From: Dehalococcoidia bacterium
GTDB taxonomy: Bacteria > Chloroflexota > Dehalococcoidia > GIF9 > AB-539-J10
Direction of reading: 5' to 3'
Length of the DNA stretch: 64,000 nucleotides
Assembly (NCBI GenBank): GCA_009619075.1
Contig: WJOY01000012.1
Location: 8,507 to 72,506 of the forward strand
Both the position numbers and the translations under genes were made by a program. Positions within the stretch are counted from its first letter, which is position 1. Each line of letters begins with the position of its first letter. Below are positions 63,937-64,000 of the stretch, in pieces. The notes beneath the pieces were generated by a model. That model worked only from the letters and a program-made list of their open reading frames with translations. It searched no databases and was not told the DNA's origin.

Positions 63937-64000
63937 CTCGTTTATAGTGTTAAAATGAAGGAAAATGCTCAAAATTTGCAAAGGACCGAGATTGCTATTA

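Overview
This 64-kb window is bacterial chromosome, about 47% GC, with AT-rich islets. It carries a bacterial-type sigma-70, DnaG primase, RF2 with the programmed +1 frameshift, RecO/RecR/DnaX and an NAD-dependent ligase.

Housekeeping genes: coaE, prfB, nfi, rpsP, a KH protein, dgt-dnaG-rpoD, a HIT protein, pheA, trkH-trkA, recO, recR, dnaX, an ECF sigma / anti-sigma pair, gap, eno, pth, a NUDIX hydrolase, ligA, trmO, sod, nnr, adh and rmuC.

Accessory content interleaved with these:
(i) A dispersed family of mosaic hairpin repeats (GTAG...CTAC hairpin modules plus TGTCATTCTGAG / CGAAGAATCTC modules) at eight or more loci. One copy is translated in-frame inside a secreted HExxH metallopeptidase gene.
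(ii) Toxin-antitoxin and regulator modules, some decayed: hicB with a hicA remnant and a 43-bp duplication, relE/RHH, and a radC remnant.
(iii) A 140-nt conserved noncoding element in two full copies and one partial copy, upstream of redox-related genes.
(iv) A tight four-gene nuclease/ATPase island: an AlbA_2/Schlafen-like protein, a DUF2779-like dual nuclease, an Mre11/SbcD-like protein, and a hookless Rad50/SbcC-like ATPase. This is a candidate novel defence or DNA-processing system.
(v) Two paralogous tubulin/FtsZ-superfamily GTPases whose motifs and length look like archaeal CetZ rather than FtsZ. One lies next to a 550-aa protein built from roughly 22 tandem 22-residue amphipathic-helix repeats.

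No rRNA genes, CRISPR array, transposase or integrase were recognised, and no tRNA could be supported by eye. All family calls are motif-level recognition from the translated ORFs, with no database search.
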